A DNA stretch of 64,000 nt from Bacillota bacterium. GTDB taxonomy: Bacteria > Bacillota > DTU030 > DUMP01. The notes below the pieces were generated by a model, which saw only the letters and a program-made list of their open reading frames with translations, did no database searches and was not told where the DNA came from. Each line of letters starts with the position of its first letter. Position 1 is the stretch's first letter. A program made the translations under genes and the position numbers. Positions 60,035 through 64,000 of the stretch are shown here, piece after piece. The stretch covers positions 3,800-67,799 of the forward strand of contig DUNI01000171.1 of NCBI GenBank assembly GCA_012839445.1, written 5' to 3'.

Positions 60035-60065
60035 GGTTGGAGCCTCCTTGTGTCAGCAATTAGCC

Positions 60066-60263
60066 TTATGCATAAGGTAACATCTTACGCACGCGTTTGT
60101 AATCAGTTTTGTCTACTAAAGTAGATTTGCGTAATTGGCGTTTGCGTTTGGAAGTCTTGTGGCCTAATAAGTGACCCCTAAACGCCTTTGACCGCTTGAT
60201 CTTTTTATTGCCCGTAAACTTAAAGCGTTTGGCAGCGCTACGTCGCGTTTTCATCTTTGGCAT
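60066..60263 (-). CDS. rpmI: 50S ribosomal protein L35
   Basis: MPKMKT.R.AAKRFK.TG. Confidence 0.95.
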   Translation of the reverse strand: MPKMKTRRSAAKRFKFTGNKKIKRSKAFRGHLLGHKTSKRKRQLRKSTLVDKTDYKRVRKMLPYA

Positions 60264-60265
60264 CG

Positions 60266-60793
60266 CTATTTGCCTCCCTTTTCCTCGGACCTAGGGGCTA
60301 AAATCATTATCATTTGCATTCCTTCTAAACGCGGTTTCCGTTCAACTACGCCCAGTTCTTCTGTCTCTTCAGCCATGCGCGTCAACAACTCTTTTCCAGT
60401 ATCAGCATGCACCAGTTGACGACCTCTAAACCGAACGGTAACCTTAACTTTGTCGCCAGCAGTCAGAAAGCGTTTCGCGTTTCTTAGCTTGACTTGATAG
60501 TCGTGTTCATCAATGGTAGGTCTTAGGCGAATTTCTTTTACATTTATAACTTTTTGTCGCTTACGTGCTTCCTTTTCCCGCTTACTTTGTTCATACTTGT
60601 ACCGACCGAAGTTCATAATTCGGCATACAGGTGGCCTTGCATCGGGAGCCACATTAACAAGATCGAGGCCTTTCTCCTGTGCTAGCCTCAGTGCTTCCCG
60701 TGTTGGCATAATACCGTGTTGTTGACCCGCATCGTCCACCAGGCGGATTTCACGGATGCGGATTTGCTCGTTGACCTGAAGGTCTCTACTGAT
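60266..60793 (-). CDS. infC: translation initiation factor IF-3 (ATC start)
   Basis: The frame is open upstream of the track start and encodes [25 protein letters not shown], the conserved IF-3 N-terminus. ATC 60793 sits 7 nt after GGAGGTG, with an in-frame TGA just upstream. Confidence 0.93.
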   Translation of the reverse strand: MSRDLQVNEQIRIREIRLVDDAGQQHGIMPTREALRLAQEKGLDLVNVAPDARPPVCRIMNFGRYKYEQSKREKEARKRQKVINVKEIRLRPTIDEHDYQVKLRNAKRFLTAGDKVKVTVRFRGRQLVHADTGKELLTRMAEETEELGVVERKPRLEGMQMIMILAPRSEEKGGK

Positions 60794-60951
60794 AGCGCGT
60801 CACCTCCAACATAGTCCCCTAAATAATAAACTAAGGGGCGAGTATACCACCCGCCCCTTAGGACACAATTTGCGCAGTGCCTTTGCAACCCTGGTAGCAG
60901 CGATTTGCGCTCCAGGGTGAGAAGCGGATGGCTTCTACTTCTTCGCACACA
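60794..60951 (-). promoter_or_regulatory. infC-rpmI-rplT leader with intrinsic terminator (L20-leader-type attenuator)
   Basis: 10 bp stem CTAAGGGGCG/CGCCCCTTAG (60831-60861) followed by TTTATTATTT, between a sigma-A-like promoter and the infC SD. Matches the position of the Bacillus L20-dependent attenuator. Confidence 0.7.
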
Positions 60952-60980
60952 ACTATAGCACATTGTCAGCTTGGCGTCAA
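60952..60980 (-). promoter_or_regulatory. sigma-A-type promoter of the infC operon
   Basis: TTGACG, 17 nt spacer, TATAGT. The -35 element overlaps the thrS stop codon. Confidence 0.65.
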
Positions 60981-62905
60981 CACCAATCTCCACCTTCTAT
61001 TTGGCGGTTTGCTATTTCAGAAGAAATGCCTTTTATAAAGGTTTCAATAGATAGAACGCCACGGTCACCTTGACTGCGTTCACGTACTGACACGGTATTG
61101 TTTTTTACTTCCCTTGCACCTACAATAAGCATGTAGGGTATTTTTTGCAATTGGGCGTCACGAATCTTATAACCGATTTTCTCATTACGTTCATCAACTT
61201 CTACCCTTATGCCGGCTTGTTCCAGCTTGCTTGCGACTTCTTTAGCATAGCCTAATTGCTGATCCGTAATTGGTAATATCCGAGTCTGAACTGGTGCCAG
61301 CCATGTTGGAAAAGCGCCGGCATAATGTTCAATCAAAATACCGATAAAGCGTTCAATGCTTCCTAAACAAGTGCGGTGAATCATTACCGGGCGGTGTTTT
61401 TCTCCGTCTTCACCAATGTATTCCAAGTCGAACCGTTCCGGCATTAGAAAATCCAGCTGAATGGTTCCACACTGCCAGGTTCGGCCTAAGCAGTCTTTAA
61501 GGTGAAAGTCAATCTTAGGACCATAGAAAGCACCATCGCCTTCGTTGACTTTGTATTCCATTCTCTTATCTTCGAGAGCCCTTTTTAAAGCAGATGTGGC
61601 TTCTTGCCAAACTTCATCAGTACCCATGGCGTTTTCCGGTTTGGTGGACAATTCAACCTGGTAGCTAAAGCCAAACACTTGGTATATACGAATAATGAGA
61701 TCAATGACTCCCTTTATTTCGTCTGTTATCTGTGAAGGCAGCAAGAAAATATGAGCGTCATCCTGAGTAAAACAACGTACACGCATCAAACCATGAAGAA
61801 CTCCGGCACGTTCATGGCGATGAACCAACCCCATTTCAGCTTGCCTAAGGGGTAACTCTCGATAACTATGACTGTCACTTTTATACACAAGAATGCCACC
61901 AGGGCAATTCATGGGTTTAACGGCAAATCCTCGCTCGTCAATTTCGGTGAAATACATGTTTTCCCGATAATGATCCCAGTGACCGGATCTTTGCCACAAT
62001 TCCTGGCTTAAAATCATAGGGGTACGTATTTCCTGGTATCCTGCACGACGATGCTCTTCTCGCCAAAAAGCCTCCAGTTCGTTTCTCAAGATCATTCCTT
62101 TTGGATGGAAAAAAGGGAATCCAGGTCCTTCCTCATGTAGACTAAATAAGTCTAGTTCGCGACCAAGTCTGCGATGGTCACGTCGAGTTGCTTCCTCTAG
62201 AAGCTTTAGGTGAGCTTTTAGCTGGCCTTTGCTGAAAAAAGCTGTACCATAAATCCGTTGAAGCATCTCTCTGTTTTCATCACCACGCCAATAAGCACCG
62301 GCGACGTTAAGAAGCTTGAAAGCTTTTACGTAACCTGTACTGGGAACATGCGGTCCCGCACAAAGATCCACAAAATTCCCTTGTTGGTATAAGCAAATAT
62401 GAGCCTCGGATGGCAGGTCATCAATTAGTTCTACTTTGTATCGCTGACCTTGGTTGGCAAAGTAAGAACGAGCCTGATCCCGAGGAACTTCTTGCCGTTC
62501 AAAAGGCAAATCTTTATCAACGATTTGTTGCATGTATGCACTAATTTTGTCTAAGTCTTCAGGAGTAAAAGGGTTGTCCACAGCAAAATCGTAGTAAAAA
62601 CCGTCTTCAATAGCTGGCCCGATAGCAAACTTCGCTTCCGGAAAAAGCTCTTGCACTGCCTGGGCCATAATATGAGCTGCACTGTGTCTGAGGGCACGCC
62701 TTCCGGCTTCATCGTTCCATGTAAGGGGGATTATCTCACAGTTATCTACAAGTTTTGTTCCAAGATCCCTTACTTCCCCGTCAATTTCTACTACCAGCGA
62801 ATCTTTGGCCTTTGATGGATCCATATCCTTGATCACATCAAGGGCAGTAATGCCATGGTCAAAAACTTTTTTGTTTCCAGCACAACTGATGGTAATCTTA
62901 GCCAT
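60977..62905 (-). CDS. thrS: threonine-tRNA ligase
   Basis: TGS domain, editing domain (H..AH), class II core and an anticodon-binding domain; 642 aa. Confidence 0.96.
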   Translation of the reverse strand: MAKITISCAGNKKVFDHGITALDVIKDMDPSKAKDSLVVEIDGEVRDLGTKLVDNCEIIPLTWNDEAGRRALRHSAAHIMAQAVQELFPEAKFAIGPAIEDGFYYDFAVDNPFTPEDLDKISAYMQQIVDKDLPFERQEVPRDQARSYFANQGQRYKVELIDDLPSEAHICLYQQGNFVDLCAGPHVPSTGYVKAFKLLNVAGAYWRGDENREMLQRIYGTAFFSKGQLKAHLKLLEEATRRDHRRLGRELDLFSLHEEGPGFPFFHPKGMILRNELEAFWREEHRRAGYQEIRTPMILSQELWQRSGHWDHYRENMYFTEIDERGFAVKPMNCPGGILVYKSDSHSYRELPLRQAEMGLVHRHERAGVLHGLMRVRCFTQDDAHIFLLPSQITDEIKGVIDLIIRIYQVFGFSYQVELSTKPENAMGTDEVWQEATSALKRALEDKRMEYKVNEGDGAFYGPKIDFHLKDCLGRTWQCGTIQLDFLMPERFDLEYIGEDGEKHRPVMIHRTCLGSIERFIGILIEHYAGAFPTWLAPVQTRILPITDQQLGYAKEVASKLEQAGIRVEVDERNEKIGYKIRDAQLQKIPYMLIVGAREVKNNTVSVRERSQGDRGVLSIETFIKGISSEIANRQIEGGDWC

Positions 62906-63166
62906 GGTAGTGTACCTCCTGTTTTACAAAAATAAACCCGTCCCATTCATAAGGGACGGGTTGATTCCGCGGTTCCACCCTAATTTGCTTAATGCCTCTG
63001 GAAGTCTTAACGGCCTTCGCCGGCCAAGCCTACTTAGTTTCGGCAGACACTTTGAGGTGGTGAGTAACCACCTAGTTGCCAGAAGCACTTACACCCAGGG
63101 TGCTTCCTCGCTGGGGCCTATCTGTGATCCTCTAGTCCTCATCATTGATTTAAATACATTCAATTT
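62906..63166 (-). promoter_or_regulatory. T-box leader (Thr) of thrS
   Basis: T-box core TTAGGGTGGAACCGCGG (62968-62980). Terminator AACCCGTCCC...GGGACGGGTT plus TATTTTT (about 62925-62962). AGCGA bulge and GGGUGUAA distal loop. Candidate specifier ACC at 63061-63059 followed by A. Confidence 0.88.
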
Positions 63167-63173
63167 GTAACTT

Positions 63174-63202
63174 ATTATACGCTCCCTTTGTTGTTATGTC
63201 AA
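63174..63202 (-). promoter_or_regulatory. sigma-A-type promoter of thrS
   Basis: TTGACA, 17 nt spacer, TATAAT (perfect consensus) read on the minus strand. Confidence 0.8.
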
Positions 63203-63212
63203 ATTATTGTTT

Positions 63213-63833
63213 CTATAGAAAGTGATCTTTTCCTAAAGAAATAATGATGGCCTGAAGCAACCCGATCACACCGCCCAGAGCACCGCCGACATATTCAATA
63301 TAGCGCAGCTCTCTTCCTGCCAATTTCCAGCTTAACATTTCTAGTTCTTGTAGCGGCAAAGAATTGAGGCGGTATTCTATGAGAGTACCTACATCAAGCT
63401 GAGAGAGATTGCTAGTAATACCCTCCACTATCTTGTCCACCAGCTCTTCACCTTGTTGTTCAGCTAAGTTGCTAAGATAGTCTATCAGTCGTTGACGTAA
63501 AGGTGATGGCAAATACCAAGGTAGCCGCTGATTGATCTCTTGATGAGCTAAATTTAAGAATGCTGCCATGATGTTTTTTCTAATTTCAGGACTATCCAGT
63601 TGATCGGTAAAGTCCGAAGCTGCAAGTAGTTCTTTCTCTATGGCATGCCCTATATTTCTTGCTATATCAGACTGTCGACGGGGTAGCAATCCCTGGAATT
63701 GCCAGGGCCCGAGTTGCACTGGTTTGTACGGACGAAAAAGTAGCCAGATAGCAATTATGTTGGTACACCAACCAATAAGAGTGCCCATAACTACCATAAC
63801 AATATATAGCATTCTCACTCTCTCCTCAGTCAT
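63213..63833 (-). CDS. DUF445-like membrane protein
   Basis: 206 aa with an N-terminal TM helix followed by W.GLLPRRQ..IA..IG, plus a C-terminal TM helix. Family call by eye. Confidence 0.5.
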   Translation of the reverse strand: MTEERVRMLYIVMVVMGTLIGWCTNIIAIWLLFRPYKPVQLGPWQFQGLLPRRQSDIARNIGHAIEKELLAASDFTDQLDSPEIRKNIMAAFLNLAHQEINQRLPWYLPSPLRQRLIDYLSNLAEQQGEELVDKIVEGITSNLSQLDVGTLIEYRLNSLPLQELEMLSWKLAGRELRYIEYVGGALGGVIGLLQAIIISLGKDHFL

Positions 63834-64000
63834 AACAAGCTATTAAATAAAGACCACATAAAAAGTGATAACAACATCATAGCAGCAACTGAGAAAGAGC
63901 TCAAGAGAATGTCCAAAGAAGGGCTCCGCTGTTGTGCACAGGAAGGTAGATTACTAGGGTTGTTTTAGGCATAACCAACAACCTAGGCAAGTGGTAACCT

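Noticed and set aside
60688-60993. 101 aa minus-strand ORF spanning the thrS-infC gap.
   Set aside because: It overlaps the true infC 5' end in another frame and the L20-type leader terminator, so it is an artefact.
1-64000. Searched by eye for CRISPR arrays, tRNA/rRNA genes, IS elements or transposases, integrases, phage or defence-type genes, and long direct or inverted repeats.
   Set aside because: None found. Every ORF-free gap over 150 nt is explained by a T-box, the L20 leader, promoter or leader regions, or the AT-rich control region at 3973-4353.

Overview
This 64 kb window looks like a conserved core-chromosome segment of an endospore-forming Firmicute of the class Clostridia, possibly Peptococcaceae-like. 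That placement is an inference from gene content: yunB, ylmC/ymxH, tepA-ylzJ, an ftsK/spoIIIE-type translocase, three T-box leaders and an L20 leader. GC is roughly 45-48% by eye.

I call 63 protein genes. 62 are on the minus strand, and only a class A PBP is on the plus strand. From high to low coordinates the order is:
- DUF445 gene, thrS, infC-rpmI-rplT, trkH-trkA, a TrmH-family methyltransferase, pheST
- zapA-cvpA-polX-mutS2, then PBP1A on the plus strand
- tyrS, yunB, rimP-nusA-ylxR-ylxQ-infB-rbfA-nrnA-truB-ribF, two tiny unknown ORFs, rpsO-pnp
- M16 peptidase, dut, ymxH, dapB-asd-aspartokinase-dapA, rnj, tepA-ylzJ, a Na/Pi transporter, ftsK, a RodZ-like gene, rimO-pgsA
- a membrane protein plus a short FtsH-like protease, cinA, a membrane phosphoesterase, thpR-recA-recX, rny-ymdB, a PHP phosphoesterase, an AT-rich unknown gene
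- a GntR regulator, a four-subunit 2-oxoacid:ferredoxin oxidoreductase, and the first 61 codons of an acyl-CoA mutase

I found no rRNA, tRNA, CRISPR array, transposase, integrase or phage-like genes, and no convincing large novel system. The points most worth a second look are:
- a translationally coupled pair of tiny ORFs wedged between ribF and rpsO, which looks like a toxin-antitoxin pair (DUF4258-like)
- trkA, which has no canonical start codon upstream of its Rossmann motif and shares a frame with trkH across a single TAG
- ylxQ, which has no canonical start near its L7Ae core
- a short FtsH paralog coupled to a separate membrane-anchored ectodomain protein
- a triple Cys-rich repeat at the PBP1A C-terminus
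- a GntR-OFOR-mutase operon
- terminator-like hairpins in the rnj and rimP-nusA leaders

All family assignments come from motif recognition by eye, because no searches could be run. The ORF track prints alternative starts (GTG/TTG) as M. I moved several starts where Shine-Dalgarno (SD) spacing or conserved N-termini argued for it.
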